Counted from the stretch's first letter, positions 12,081-25,800 are shown. The stretch is 64,000 nucleotides of DNA from Podarcis melisellensis (GCA_964234715.1 OZ174278.1); one strand, 5' to 3'. Notes: a model not told the origin generated them from the letters alone. Numbers and translations: made by a program.

Positions 12081-13134
12081 TGTGAGGGGAGTGTTTGCTG
12101 CCCAGGTACATGCTGACCATAACCCAGTGAAGGGGAATGGTGAACCATAGAAAAAACCACAGGATATTTGTATTAGGTTGAAATAGGCCACAACTTTTTA
12201 TTGATTGCATATCTAAGTAGGTCTTCACCAAGACATTGGGTGTGTGTCAAGCAGCCCATCTGCTACTAGATAATTTGGGTGGGGTCAACCCTGAGCTGAG
12301 AGTCACCCCTGACATGTACCAGGTGCTTTCATCCTGAAGGTCACCATTGGGAGAGGTGCTATGGCCCATAACCCCACTTGTGGGCTCCCAGACAGTGATA
12401 CCCCTTCTGGATTCCTTTAATGGGGCACCATTAAACTAAGGATCCAAATCATTGCCTTATTCCCCAAAGTTGTGACAGTGCTTATGAGGTAGGCAAAAAC
12501 CTGCAGAAAGAGCAACTTATTTGCAGGAAAAAAATCTTTCCCCTAACCCAGCAACTGTATAAACCAGGCTTCCTCAACCTCGACCCTCCATATGTTTTTG
12601 GCTTACAACTCCCATGATGCCTAGCTAGCAGGACCAATGGTCAGGGATGATGGGAATTGTAGTCTCAAAACATCTGGAGGGCCAAGGCTGAGGAAGTCTG
12701 GTATAAACCACAACAAGGTCATATGTTGGCGTGCCCACTTACATTTGAACAAGCCACTTAGAGTCTAGTAAACGGGTGGTAAATCCCATGTCGGTCTCCC
12801 AAGAAGGCGACTTTCCAAGGGTCACCCTCTTAAATACTTTGGAGGCAGACCTGGTCTAGCCCCCTCCACCACTCTCCTGATTGGCCTTCCCGCCAGACCA
12901 GCGCAACCAAAAGGAGAGTCACTGGGCACCCCCCCTTCAGCTATGATTTAAGAAGATGGCCTAACCCAGGACTCGCAGCTGCTCCAGGCAGCAAACACTG
13001 CCCACGAGGTGACCCAAGTGAACAGGGAATCTTGGATTAGAATTGGCCAAAAATAAGACAAGACATTTTTCAAAAACATTGGAACTGGCACACATAATTT
13101 CCAAGCTAACCTGAAATCACCCCCCTCCTACACA
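12081..13134 (-). mobile_element. Probable solo LTR, interrupted by a MITE
   Basis: TG...CA ends with an imperfect terminal inverted repeat. The minus strand has CCAAT (12884-12880), TATTTAA (12836-12830) and AATAAA (12202-12197) in LTR order. It shares motifs with 3960-4810. Confidence 0.6.
12565..12700. mobile_element. 136-bp palindromic hAT MITE with perfect 8-bp TSD
   Basis: TIRs CAGGCTTCCTCAACC / GGCTGAGGAAGTCTG; GTATAAAC duplicated at 12557-12564 and 12701-12708. Confidence 0.92.
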
Positions 13135-15160
13135 AATGACAGTTTCACTCAGATAGAAGAAGGGACTTTCTTGGTTGTATGAAGTGTTGGCAGGCATTAT
13201 GGAACATATCAGTCTTCAGGGTGGTGGTTGGTGGTGGAGAGTTGCACTGCACAAAATGGATGCTTTAGGGTAAAGGCTCACCAGCTGCCAGGTACCCTTG
13301 TGGCAAATTGGTCCTTGGTCAGAGAGTGGGCATAAACTTTGATATTAACTCTGACAAACATGAATGTCTTGTCAACACTCCCAAACCTTAAGCTAGGCTA
13401 ATTTGTTGAGGTTAGGATACTGGACTTAGATAGAATGCTGGAGGATTCAAATGGCTACATCATTTGCATGCAAGTATGGTGAGCTCATAATCTATGTTAA
13501 ACTCTACTTGCCCTTCCAATATGTATTAACTAGTAAAGGAAGGAAAGTTCACACAATACTGTACTGGCATGATCACCTCCTAAATGAACTACTAATTTAT
13601 CATCTATACTCAGCCATTGAGCTAGAATAGGAGATACAATAGAATGAGAGTCGCTGACACACTGCCTCTCTCCTACAGGGTCTCAAAGCCAATACCGTGA
13701 CTACTGGTTCTCTGCCATTGTGCCAAGGTTATGAAATGTGCTTTTGATCTATCTGTTTTTTTTTCCACAAGTTGTATTGTGTGATTTTTTTCTTAGCTGC
13801 TTTGAGTGTTCTTTAAAAAGAAAATCCGAACAAAAGAAATGGTTAGAAAAAGAGAGCCCACAGACCTAGCAATTTAGTTTGAAATTGAACATGATCTATT
13901 TTTCCAAGGAAAAGACAAGAATCCAAGTTTGAAATCCCCCTCCCCCACTTTTTTCAAGCATCTTGGCAGGTCTCTTTACATTTCCTGTGGAAGATATTTT
14001 TCTCTAGCAGTTAATCGATTTTTCCAATAAGATAAAATAAAATAAAACCTCCTCTTAATCCTGTTACGATTGGCTCACTTGGGGTTTTTGTGGGGGGGTT
14101 TGTTTGTTTTTTTTTGTTTGCTAAGTTAAAAGCACATGAAGATGTCAGTACGAGGACCCTAACTCCAGAGCTACCTTAGACATCTCCAGCATCTCCACAG
14201 AACTGCCACCAGGCCCATCTGCAGCAAAAGACCTGATGGGACATGTGGATGAGGTACATGATCCATCCGCAAAAGTTCCCTCTCCTATGGAATCAGAGGG
14301 GAATATGTGGTTTGCTGACTGCTCTTAATTCTTACTGGCAAGCTGCCATTTTAGGGGGCAGAGTAGGTGGGTTAAAAACATAAAGGCAGTATATGAAAGA
14401 AACTTCTCTTATTTATTATGTGATTTGAATTATTTGGGTAGAGAGAGAAAAAGATGCTGCTGGTCCCTCCAATCATACCCAGCCTTCTTTTAGGCAACAC
14501 ATTCCAAACAAATGGTAGTTTCCTGTTGATTTCTGTCACATCCTGCTGGAGCAAATAATCTATAATGAGGTGTCAGGCTACATTATATTATATTTGTAAA
14601 TCTTTGTAATTTAATACCACAGGCAGTAATTAGTATTTAACAGCTGTCATACATGTGAGACATATAAAAGGAAAGGAAAGGAAAAAAATCTGATTTTAAG
14701 TTGACACTGCAGTTACAGATCAGGCTAGCAGGATAATCTGTCCTATTATCATTCATTCAGGAAGGGGGCACTATCTGAAAACTCACCAGATCCACAAGAA
14801 GGAAACAATATATTGATCCGATGAAGTTTTTGCTTTTTACCTGTCAGTCTCTCATCATCTGAGCTGACTGGTGATATGGCAAATATAAATGATAAAGATT
14901 TCTTTTGAAAAAAGGTACTTCTCAATGGCCAGCTGTCAAGGACTGCCATGAAATTAAGGCAGCTATCAACCTACCAAGAGAATTTAAGTGGCTGGAATGT
15001 ATTCATGCTCAAATAGTTTTAAAATTTTTAATGTACATCAGTAGTCTTTACACCTTGAATTTCTGCTCCCCAGTGAGGGATACTAATTTGCATTCTAGAA
15101 ACACTTTAAAACTTTCTGTGAAGAGTAACATTCATACATTTACAGATGGTGCTTCATTGT

Positions 15161-15407
15161 AGAAGAAAAGTTTGGATTTGATATCCCACTTTATCGCTAC
15201 CTGAAGGACTCTCAAAGTGGCTAATATTCTCCTGTCCCTTTCTCCCCCACAACAAACACTCTGTGAGGTGAGTGGGGCTGAGAGACTTCAAAGAAGTGTG
15301 ACTAGCCCAAGGTCACCCAGCAGCTGCATGTGGAGGAGCGGAGACGCGAACCCGGTTAACCAGATTACAAGACTACCACTCTTAACCACTACACCACACC
15401 GGCTCTC
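15161..15407 (-). mobile_element. tRNA-derived CORE-type SINE (Squam3-like)
   Basis: Minus strand starts GAGAGCCGGTGTGGTGTAGTGGTTAAGAGTGG (A box) ... CCGGGTTCGCGTC (B box), then a MIR/CORE-like body (gctgggtgaccttgggctagtcac) and a TTC-type tail. Confidence 0.85.
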
Positions 15408-16079
15408 AAGTACCCATGAATCTTATAAATTAATATATTTAATAATCAAGCACAAGTAGGGAGCAGCTTCTTTGACAAGAGCTAAGAACAACTGAACCAA
15501 CTGTGCAAGTATATAAGCTTTACTTGAGTATCTCAGAAGGAACTGTATTGTCACTAAGCAGCAGTTGTGGAAATTCAGTCAGCTCACAGGCAATTTAAGA
15601 TCAGCATCACTCTACCACTACTGTTCTTAGGACCAAACAAGAAAGTACAAGTGTGTTTCCCACCCAAAAACCCCAACTAAATCTAGTTTCTCTCTCCTGT
15701 AATATCTAGTCTCAGCTCATGTTAAGATCTAATGATGTCCTGTATTTTCCCACCCCACCCCAACTCCACTGCATTGTTTTCTGACAGTGTGGAGGGGAAA
15801 ACATAGATTATGACATTATATGAGACAAATTCCATTAGCGGGGAAAGGGGAAGAGGAATTAGACATGTGGTTGCTTGGTGGCATTTATATGTTTAACAAA
15901 ACTTCTATCTTGGTCCTTACTCTCCTATTATTTTCTTCCACATCAATAATAGGATGCCCAGGCTCTTGGCAATATATATATCAATACAGTGACAAGATCA
16001 ATGGGATGATTCCAGGATTAGTCATGCTTAGGATAGAATTGCTCAAACCAATACCATTGATTTCAATTTGCCTCTCACC

Positions 16080-16505
16080 TGGATCCAACCCATATTTAAT
16101 TTTGGGTTGGGGCCAGAGACTTAAAACTGGTCAATAGCTAGCTTCTGCATTTTGTACCAGTTACAGTTTCTGGACATTTTTCACAGGCAGCCCTACTCAG
16201 AGCTCTAGACTGAAAGTAGCCAGAGTATGTAAGACCTCAGGAATGAGAAGGGACATACTAGCTGAAGCTGAGAAAAAGTACTGCTAGTTATGACTTCTAC
16301 CTGCCTATTCAGGAACAAAACTGAGTTCAGAAACACTGCAAACTACTTATTTGCTATTGTGAGAGGAGTATAATCCCATTCAGGGCAGGTCACACACATG
16401 TCCTGGGTCAGGAATCCTTTCTACTAACAGGATTTCCATCTTGTCTGGGTAAAGCTTCAGCTTGTTAGCCTACATCTCAGACACTGGTTCAGGGTTTCCA
16501 CTACA
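16080..16505 (-). mobile_element. Old L2 LINE fragment
   Basis: Minus-strand translation near 16420-16470 gives ANKLKLYPDKMEILLV (L2 NKLKLNPDKTE motif); a decayed LQLVQNAAAR region lies near 16140-16175. Confidence 0.7.
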
Positions 16506-19500
16506 CTTCACAAAGCAGTTTTATGTAACAGCTGAACAATACAGTGGCAAGATGGGTTCCTAATGAATTCCAGAATTCAAAGGCCATGGGCTGCAGATTA
16601 GTTTTCCAATATCACCTTCTTAGACCTGCCTGCCAGGCATGATCAGAACCAACATAAAATGCTACATCCATTAACAAACTCATCCAGGTAGCTCAGAAAT
16701 ATTGTTGATGGCATCAAGAACCACTTTAAGCTCTGTAAGATTCAACAGCGATGCACTCCACCTGACTGTTGCCAGCAAAGATGAAATTGTCTGCCAAGGT
16801 GATAAAAGCTGTTTCCATTCCTGAAGCAGATCAGAAATCAAACTGAAAAGGATACAAATCCTCCAAATGATTCTGCTAGCAGCACAGTAGTGGCTATCAT
16901 AGTGGTTATAGCTGCTGGTGTAGAGGCAAATTTGCAACATTGGCAGCTACAACACACTTGTTGATACTGAGGCAGTGGCTCTTCTGGGCAACTCTTTGGT
17001 GCTGCCACTGCTTTTTGCTAGAGTTAAGGCTGCTTGCCAGATTTTGCAGCAGCTCTAGTTACCTCTGGTTGGATGTAATGCCTGCAGCGTCTCACATCCA
17101 GGTTTCTGTCACCAAAGTATCTACAAGTTAATAGAATTAGAAAAAATGCAGACAACATGGATGTTAATTTAACTGGGATTAGTGTTCATGAGCTGATTAC
17201 CTGAAGTGTGTTTAACAGCATCTAAATTGTATTATGCCCAGACGTTCAGTGGGATTACAGGAACAGTTGGATGCTGAGTTGGTACCTATTTAACACTCAT
17301 TTAATGGCAGATTATAAGATATTGCTAAAAAGCAAGCATTGTTTCTTAAAGTATTTGACAAAGCAGAAACTTCTGCTATTGAACCACCCAAAATAATGTT
17401 TAAAAGACAGTGGAATTGTACATCATTTAAAATATTGTACATCTTGGGGACCTCTACAGGGGAGGGATGTTTAGCAATATAGGACCACTGAATATATATT
17501 GTGATACGTTCTGTTTACTATTCATAACTACAACCACATCTGCACTGAGCAACTGTGCTACGTAATCTAGTTGACAGTGTATGTGTCTAAAGCCTGTCTT
17601 GACAGTGCCACTTCCTATGAAGTTTCATTCCTTCTCAAAGGCAGCTCAAATAAAAATTATCCAATATGTAGTTTGCATGAATCTCAGGCAGATTGTCCAT
17701 GGTGCCAGTAGATTTTCAAATCTCTTCCCACCTGAAAGGTTGTCATGTAAGGTATAGTTGACATGTTAGTATGAGCAGTCCCAGAACAAAGTGAGTTATA
17801 CCATACTCTAGAAGGCTTTGAGCCATAAATGGGTTCTAAATGGGTTTTTCTTTGGGATGTTTAAAATCGATGTGGGTTCGTACTTCTTTAACCAATATGC
17901 TGATCCTAAACACTTATCTAGTGTGTCCACTGTGACAACAGGCCAGAACCTGATGGGGCAACATAAATGTGCCTGGCACTTTTCTGACTTCTAAAGTTGA
18001 ACTTCTATACCACTGAAGTTGCATTGTGATTTTTTCCATGCCATGTTTTATGTTATGTTTTATTTTGTGCTATGTTGAACTGTATACTGCTTAGATATTT
18101 TAATGTTTAGTAGTCTAGGTTTTAACATTAATAATAATAATATAAATCAGAAAGGGTGACCCAGTTTTAAATACCAGTTGAAAAAAGACAGATACTTCAT
18201 ATAGAGCCACTTTTCCACTCTATTCTATGAGATTCCAAAATGTACAATCTCTTCAGGTCTAAATTGGGGTGTGTGTGATGTAGTGTGAGGACTACCACCT
18301 TCCACTGTTCAATTTCTATACCAGCTTGGTATTGGGATTTCTCAGCAATGTCAAGCCCACATAATGATGTATAATTGCTTTCTTGGTTTTGTTACACAGA
18401 ATTTTGCCTACAGGGACACAGCTTATTTCATTTTGCTCACCAGACCAAATGCTTCAAATTACAATATGAGTTAGGGTGAAATGGAGTGATTTATCCAAGT
18501 CATAATTCCATTAAGCTCCTTTTGTATAAACCCAAACACCTATATTTAACTTGCATTAGTAATGTAAATTTTCTTGTTGCAAAATTAGACACTGAAACAT
18601 GAGTAAACTTCCCACAATAATATTATCATTAAACAATATCTCTTCTGCTTTCTACAGATAAGAAATGACACATTACTGGTAGCACAAAATATTTCTCTCT
18701 TTTTTTCCTTAAAGGGGTAGGGTGAATAATAGAAATAAGACATAGAGGCCACCAAACATGCACATAGGTCAACTATACACACACTAGAAAATTGAACAGT
18801 GGGACTTGTGTCTGACTCAGGACATGCTCATAATTGTTCCTATAGTCTACTTTCTGGATGGCTGAATCCTATACAGGGGTATTGTAACTGCCCACCTTCA
18901 ATTTTTCTATTCTCTGCTTTCACACTTTCTTTCTCCCTCATTCTTTTCTTTCATGCCCTGATTTAAATTCTTAGACAAGAAATATTGGAGGTCTTCACAC
19001 CTAATATAATGGCAAAATTAACCTGCTTATATATCTGGACCATTTATAATCCCAACTTCAATCCAATTCAATTACTAACAACAGCTAGAATGCATACTTG
19101 GAAATCAAGGTTCAGTTCCATATGCTACTTTCCTTATAGAAATCTGAATTTCATAATTTAATGTAATCCAAGATGATACTTGAAAGTCAATAAAAATCTA
19201 AGGAGCTGAATTTTATTGAAGCGTCCTTATACTGGAATTTATGCTGGAAAAGGAATTTAGTCCAACAAGGATATTAAATTTCATAAACCACGCTATATCA
19301 CCAAGTATTATCTTTGTCTTTGCGATGATTTATTCTCTGAAGAAACAACCTGAAGCAAAATAACACATATTATGCTGACAAGATGTGTGTACAGTATAGA
19401 GAAAAAGGTTTGAGATGCATCTTAGGAAATTAATATAAAGTTTACAGTTTATGTTTTCCAAATACATGTTAATTACCATTTCACTATCATTAAAGTTTTT

Positions 19501-21845
19501 TTTATTAATCCCCAGCTGAATAAAGAAACTAAATAAAGGAAGGACAAACACCATAAAATACTGGTTTGTATGCAAAGGTGTCCTGCTGATGGAAGGATCT
19601 TTGATTTAGTAGAGGCTACCATTAGTGGAACAGGAAAAGAGGTGATTTTATTTGGTTCTCCATACTGTCTGCAGCCCCCGCCCCTCACACTGCCACCTTC
19701 AATACTGGGTGGCAGAGGCAGCTGCCAGGTAACACATTAATGGCTTCCCTTTATGGGAAGATGCCTTTTTAGTTCTAGTAATGCCAGGGAATTTATCTGT
19801 GGAGGTTTGGCCCTAAATGCAGGCAGGCAGATTTGCCAATGCTAGGTTTTACCTGCCTGCATTTGTTTTCGTGACTGGTGAGAGTTTTCTTTCTACCAAA
19901 ACATTTACTATCAATTCTTCATTCCATGTGTGGGGCAAACAAATATCAATAAATCAATAGATTAGAAAATGAGTTTATAATGGTCAATGTCAATGTGAAG
20001 CTTTCATACGATACTATGGGCACCAGGCATATTGTAATATTTTTAACTCAGAAATACAGAGTATTTTTCAGTAACAGAAAAAAATATTAATTTAGGGCAA
20101 TCTCAACAACCGTATTCTACTGAACCTCCAGAATTCTAGAAGGGACAAATGGGAAAGAAAAGGGAAAAAAAAAACAAGCAGAAACTCCCCCTTGCGGCTG
20201 CTGGCACACATTACAGCACTTGCAGTGTTACGTTTGAGTGTTTTGAACTCCAAAAAGAATACAAAATAATGTCTGACCTGGAATGCAAACACAATTTCCC
20301 AATGACAATTTGCATAAGTGCTACCACTTATTTCAACCACTTCCTTCATGCAAATTGCTGCTGAGAAATAGCACCAGGATTCAGAGAGGCTTAAGGTCAT
20401 ACATTGCTTCTTGAACACAGCAGCGTGGTGCAAGGCATGGCTGAACAGAAAAACAGATGCTTAATGTTGATTTTGTCTGAGTTTTAGGCCCATTAGGAAA
20501 CGATAACTTCTACTAAGACATTGACTAACATTTTTTTCCCTGTGACGATAGACTGCTCTGCCTCCTTTCTTTTAGCAAATGTTTTGCGCCACTGGGGAAG
20601 TGGTAATTCTGTATTGATTTGTTTTGGATGTTTGTACGGGATGCCAATAAAAGGTTTGATGATGATGATGACTAACATTTTTGTAACCTCCCATTTTCAT
20701 ACATTATATCCCAGAGCACAGATTTCGCCAAAGTCACAAACAATGCTGTGAGAATGTATTGACGTGCTATCGGAAGGTTCAGAACCATTGATTATGGGCT
20801 GGAGAGAGACTAATAGTCATGCACAGCTCCATGTTCCTTCCTAACAATTACTATTCCTTGCAGCCCTGCTTCTACAACCCTTTTATGTAACCTTATCTCC
20901 AAATGCCCTGCCATCCATTTCCCCTGCTCTTTTTATCTTCTGTCATTCTAATCCTTGAACACATACAAATATGAAGCTCAGCTGTTCTAAATTTCTGAAC
21001 TTGTAATGGAGAAAGAATATATTTGCAAAGTGAGTAACACCATGCAAATATACTTGATATACATAATTCATTCTAAAACACAATACTTTGAGCTTCCTTG
21101 GAATAAATTTGGATTCCTTTGGTACATAGTGCAGCCAGCCCTCGTTATGACACAAGCATATCTGAATAGCTGTATTGTTTTTGTCATGCTGATCAGCTTG
21201 TTTCCATTTTGCACGCAGTGAAACTTAGTGTCTAATAATTGTGCTGCATTATAAATGATGGCAGATAGTCACAAACATCAAACTTGCTCTTCAAGGGGAT
21301 TTATCAATATGTGATTTAAATGTAAATTGGTAAGCATCTTTAGTCAATTCTGACAAGAAAAATAAAGCCTCTGGAAAAAAAATTCTAGCAGAGTGTGCTA
21401 CAATAAAAGCAACAGTATAAAATGTTTTTTTAAAAAAAATGTATAAATTATATCACACTCAAGATTTTTGAAATTCAGTCTACCATGATTTATCATATCC
21501 ATACAAAAGAAAGGAGGATTGCTATTCATGTGAAAAGTGATAAGTGAGAAAACATGGATCTGAATGTTTTGATCAATTGGTTATGGTGAAAGTTGTGAAT
21601 GAGGTAAGAAATATTCATCACATTTCAACTGCTTCACATTACCAAAATTGTATGTGTGTGTGTAAATATTTTATAGCATCTCCTTTATTTCAAGAACAGT
21701 AATGAAAATCACTCTAAGAAGCTGTGTAACAAAAGAATGGTTGGCAATAGCAGAGTGTGGTGGAATAATAATAATAATAATAATTTGTTGTTTATACCCC
21801 ACATGGAGTTAGAGATAGCAACAGGTGACAATTAGAAGCGGTTTG

Positions 21846-21883
21846 GAGAGAAAGAGAGAAAGAGAAAGAGAGAGAGAGAGAGA
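21846..21883. repeat. Imperfect (AG)n microsatellite
   Basis: gagagaaagagagaaagagaaagagagagagagagagaa. Confidence 0.85.
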
Positions 21884-22098
21884 AGTAGGAGGAGTTGGAG
21901 AGAAATGAATTTGAGAATGAGGGCTCCAATAAAAGGTATGGTGTTTGTATAACATAACAAGGGGATCAGGTATGGATATGGATATCTGGTTAGGATATGG
22001 GCAGAACAATACAGTGAGGGTGGGAAAGGGAAAATCTGTGGCAGTAAAGCTGCCAAATCCCAAACCCAGACAGTCTTGCATAGACCAGAACAGGGAAG

Positions 22099-22224
22099 AA
22101 TCATAGTACTGCAGAGTTGTAAAGGACCACAAGGCTCATCTACTCCAACTGCAGCTGCCCCATATGGGGATCAAAGCTGCAACCTTGGTGTTATCATTAC
22201 CATGCACTAACCAACGTAGCTATC
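22099..22224 (-). mobile_element. Short SINE: tRNA-Ile-like head plus CR1-like 3' tail
   Basis: Minus strand GATAGCTACGTTGGTTAGTGCATGGTAATGATAACACCAAGGTTGCAGCTTTGATCCCCATATGGG resembles tRNA-Ile(AAT); it is followed by ggtcctttacaactctgcagtactatgatt (CR1-type end). Confidence 0.65.
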
Positions 22225-23377
22225 GAGAAGGTGATGTAGTGGGGGATGGGGATAGGAGTGTTAAGGGAATGACCAGACTTTGCATTTACTAGATCCAAAA
22301 CTTCTTCCAATCTGTCACTGACACTCCTTCCTTTTGCTCTTTCCCCCCATTAGAATAGTTCAAAAGCTTTGGGGTGAAGGGCAGCTATAAACCCCCCAAA
22401 TAACAAAGAAGTAAATCAATCATATACTGAAGCAAGACTTAATTGTAATATAATCTTAATAAAACGTGTGGGTTTCCCCACCTATAATTATTTTTTAAAA
22501 AGAAAGAGTTAATCTAGCAAAGGAGACTTCTTTCTGAATAAACTTCATGGATTCTTCCAAAATGAAGGCCTATTTCCCCACCTTTCCCCAAACATAGTGA
22601 ATCAATCATCTGTTAGCTGAAGGATGTATGCAGGTATCACACAATAATGTGAAACCCAGTAGGTCCTAGGAACAAATAAACAATTGGGCTCTAGAGAAAA
22701 GAGAGGCTTTTTAAAAGAAAGCAAGAAAAACAACAACACAATTTTCTCATATCTGCTGTATAGTGAGAAGTTATTATTACCACTCTGGTTTAACCTATAA
22801 AGTGACACAATCCAATTTAGAAAGGAAAACAAACAAATCCTTTATGAAAATGCCAAATCACATCAGAGTGACACTTGATTTCATTCTGCTCACTGAAGTA
22901 TTTGATGATGGAGAACAGCTAATGTGCCACCAAATCCCATGGGGACTGAAGCTACAGAAATGTAATCTTCTCATGTCTGCACTGTAATGCCTTTTACATG
23001 AATAAATAGAGTATGAGATTGCCTTTGCAAACTTTTCTTTCGAAGTCATTACTGGGAAAAGCACTACAATATTATGACTCTTAAGTGTACTGAGATAAAT
23101 AACAGCTTCCATTCAAAGTAGGCATAGGAATGCATTTGTTGGACCCATTGTCTGAAAAATATGCAATTTCAGTTACACAGAAATATTTTCTTTCTTTTAG
23201 GCAGAGTGAGAAATTAGACAATTTTCAGCTATTTTCCTAGTGCGGTTACTTATGCCTGTAAATATATTTGTTCTTTTCTGGTAGACCACCCAATGCTGTC
23301 AGTAAACTTTTGATGAAGCTAAAGAAATAGCTGTACTTTAAACCGTATAAACATTGCTAGAATTTGAGAATGAAAGA

Positions 23378-23460
23378 AGGCTGCAATTCTATACCTGATT
23401 ATATAGGAACAAGCTCTGCTGTACTCAGTAGAACTTGTTCCTGAGCACAGGACTGCATAG
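23378..23460. mobile_element. Ancient short palindromic repeat (MITE-like)
   Basis: ggctgcaattctat...acaagctctgctgtactcagtagaacttgt...aggactgcat imperfect fold-back; similar relics lie near 38780-38855 and 52565-52635. Confidence 0.4.
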
Positions 23461-25292
23461 TAAGGATTTTTCTTGGTGTGGTTTGTTTTGCACTCAGATT
23501 AGCAGGACATTTATGGGTAGCTGACAATAAATTGAGAAGGGGGGAAATCTGAGAAGGCAGAAGCAGTGTAGGAAATTAATGTTAAACTGTGAGACTGACA
23601 GATCATCAATGCAATAAGGTATAATTGTGGAGAGTATACAGCAATGGATCTTGGATGGTAGGCAAAGGTGAGAAAAAGCTGGAACGCATTTGCCTGCAAT
23701 AATCATTCAGTACTGATTGGAAACTGAAGCTTATTTTCTGAAGCAAAATCCAATTAACTGCAAGCTTGTGGTAGAAGGTCTTCTGTTGTATCAGTTGTGT
23801 AGCACTTAGTGGTTGATGGACACAGAAATAAACATTCATCTTTGCATGGAGTAAAAAATGTCAAAAATGCCTTCAAAAGCTAATATATGGAGCTGCAAGA
23901 CTGGAAACTTTACTAATTCAATTCAGTTGATGCAATAAATTTAATTTCCTAGGTAATGACATTATATTTGCACTAAACATTCAGTGCTCTCCCTTATATT
24001 TCCTGTTTTTATTTCCAATTAAAGGCAGTTGGTGTATTTTAAGGAATATTAATAAATCTGAATAAGAAACACTGCTTGTTTACAATCTAAACCATATTCA
24101 GTATAGAAATATACAGCATTTTAACCTAATGGACATTTCATTCTAAGTACTACAACTTAATTCAACAGCACAATTTAGCTTATTTATGGGCATGCACTGG
24201 TGAGGTCTCATTAAGTTCAACAACAATTGTCTTATGTAACCAATATTTAACCAATTCAAATTTAACCAATTTCATCAAAATAGAGTTATACTGTTACAAT
24301 GGATATAAAGATTTCAGTTTCATTTATTTATTTGAACAGAAAAAAGGCTCCCAGAGGCTTTAAAAAAGTCAATAATAAGACATTTCCTTTTATTACAGTT
24401 AAAATCTAAAAGTCGTAACACAAAAGGAATAGGCACTACAACACAGAAGGAAAAAGGCAACCTGGGAAGCTAATCTTTGCTCACAAAGTACTTGTAGCAA
24501 AGAACAGTTTTGGAAAACATTTCAGGAAGATTCATAGAGATGAGTCAGGCATTCTGCTGCTAATTTCAGATGTGTGTTAAATACCATTTTATGTTGACAG
24601 GTCTATATAATTGCCTATATTCCCCACCCCCCTTCAAAATATGCAAGTCATGTTTATGATTATTTTGATTTTTTAAAACATATATTATGTTTTGCTGTAT
24701 TTGTACATGTTGTTATATACCTCCTTGTTATGTTATATGAGTGGGCACTTTATAAATATTCTTATAAACAAATAAATAAATGTTGCTGACTTTTAGCTGA
24801 GCTGAAAGAGTGGTCCTGCTTCTGTTCACTTTGCTACACTTTGTTATAATGGCAACTGTCTGATGACAGTTATTTGAGTTGGTGGGGGAATGGCCATATA
24901 TAATACAATAGAGTGGAGCCAGACTTCCTATGCATGGGTTTTGCACTTTCCTACCCCATCCTGTGTTCCCTGAAAAGCTGCTCCAAAGTTGGGGGGGTCC
25001 CTCTGGGAGGAGAGTTTGTGGGTGAAGAGGAACTGGCAAAACATATCTTCCCTTCCTCCTCCATCACGACCCGTTCAACCCTGGTGCTAGCCAGCAGGGC
25101 ACATTTGTAGCCTGCCAACTGATTAGGCACACTCCCCTGGGATTCTCTGCATCCTCACACATGCATTGTGTGGCACAGGAGGCTGGGTGATGTCAAAGCC
25201 CTATTTAATCGCTAGTCAGCCTTCCTCTGCCCTCTTACCCCCAGTTCCTGCTCTTCTTCCCTGTCTCAGTGTGACTTGCTAGTTGCTTAGAG

Positions 25293-25800
25293 CAGTGGTT
25301 TTCAACCAGTGTGCTGTGGCACCCTGGGGTGCCTTGAATGATGATCAGGGGTTCCAAAGGCAACAATGGCCTCTGTTCCTCTTTCCTTCCTGCCCTCCCT
25401 TCCTCTGATACCCTCTTGCGGCTCTGCCTCCTAAAGGCTTGCACAGCTGTTTGTTGCATTAGCCTTGGCTACAAGCTTCCCAGGTGAATGGTGCCTCTGG
25501 ATCTGGCCAGGGGGTGCTTCCCAGGCCCCTGTGGGGCAGTGTGAGGAGGCACCTCTCTTTGGGGCATGGAGGCAACTGAGAGACCAGGGGCAGCAGCTGC
25601 GGCAACCCAGATGACTCCCAAGGAGAGGGGAGAGGAGAGGAAGCTGAGGGAACACTCCACAGGGGCCGTGTTCGAAAAGGGGAGAGAGGCTGCTAGCTCT
25701 GCAGGCAAGGGGTGACAGAGCTGGGTTTCTGAGTCCTTCAGGGGTGCCGTAGAAAGTTGGTCAAGGGAACCGTGGACCTAAAAAAGGTTGAAAACCTCTG
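25293..25800. mobile_element. 508-bp non-autonomous hAT transposon
   Basis: TIRs CAGTGGTTTTCAACC / GGTTGAAAACCTCTG; flanks GCTTAGAG / GCTTAGGA (near-identical 8-bp TSD); GC-rich interior with GGGGTGCC subterminal motifs. Confidence 0.88.

Noticed and set aside
17063-17120. Minus-strand acceptor and donor pair that would add DTLVTETWM* to exon 1
   Set aside because: No resemblance to NCAM2 or another protein I recognise; such pseudo-exons are common in a 58-kb intron.
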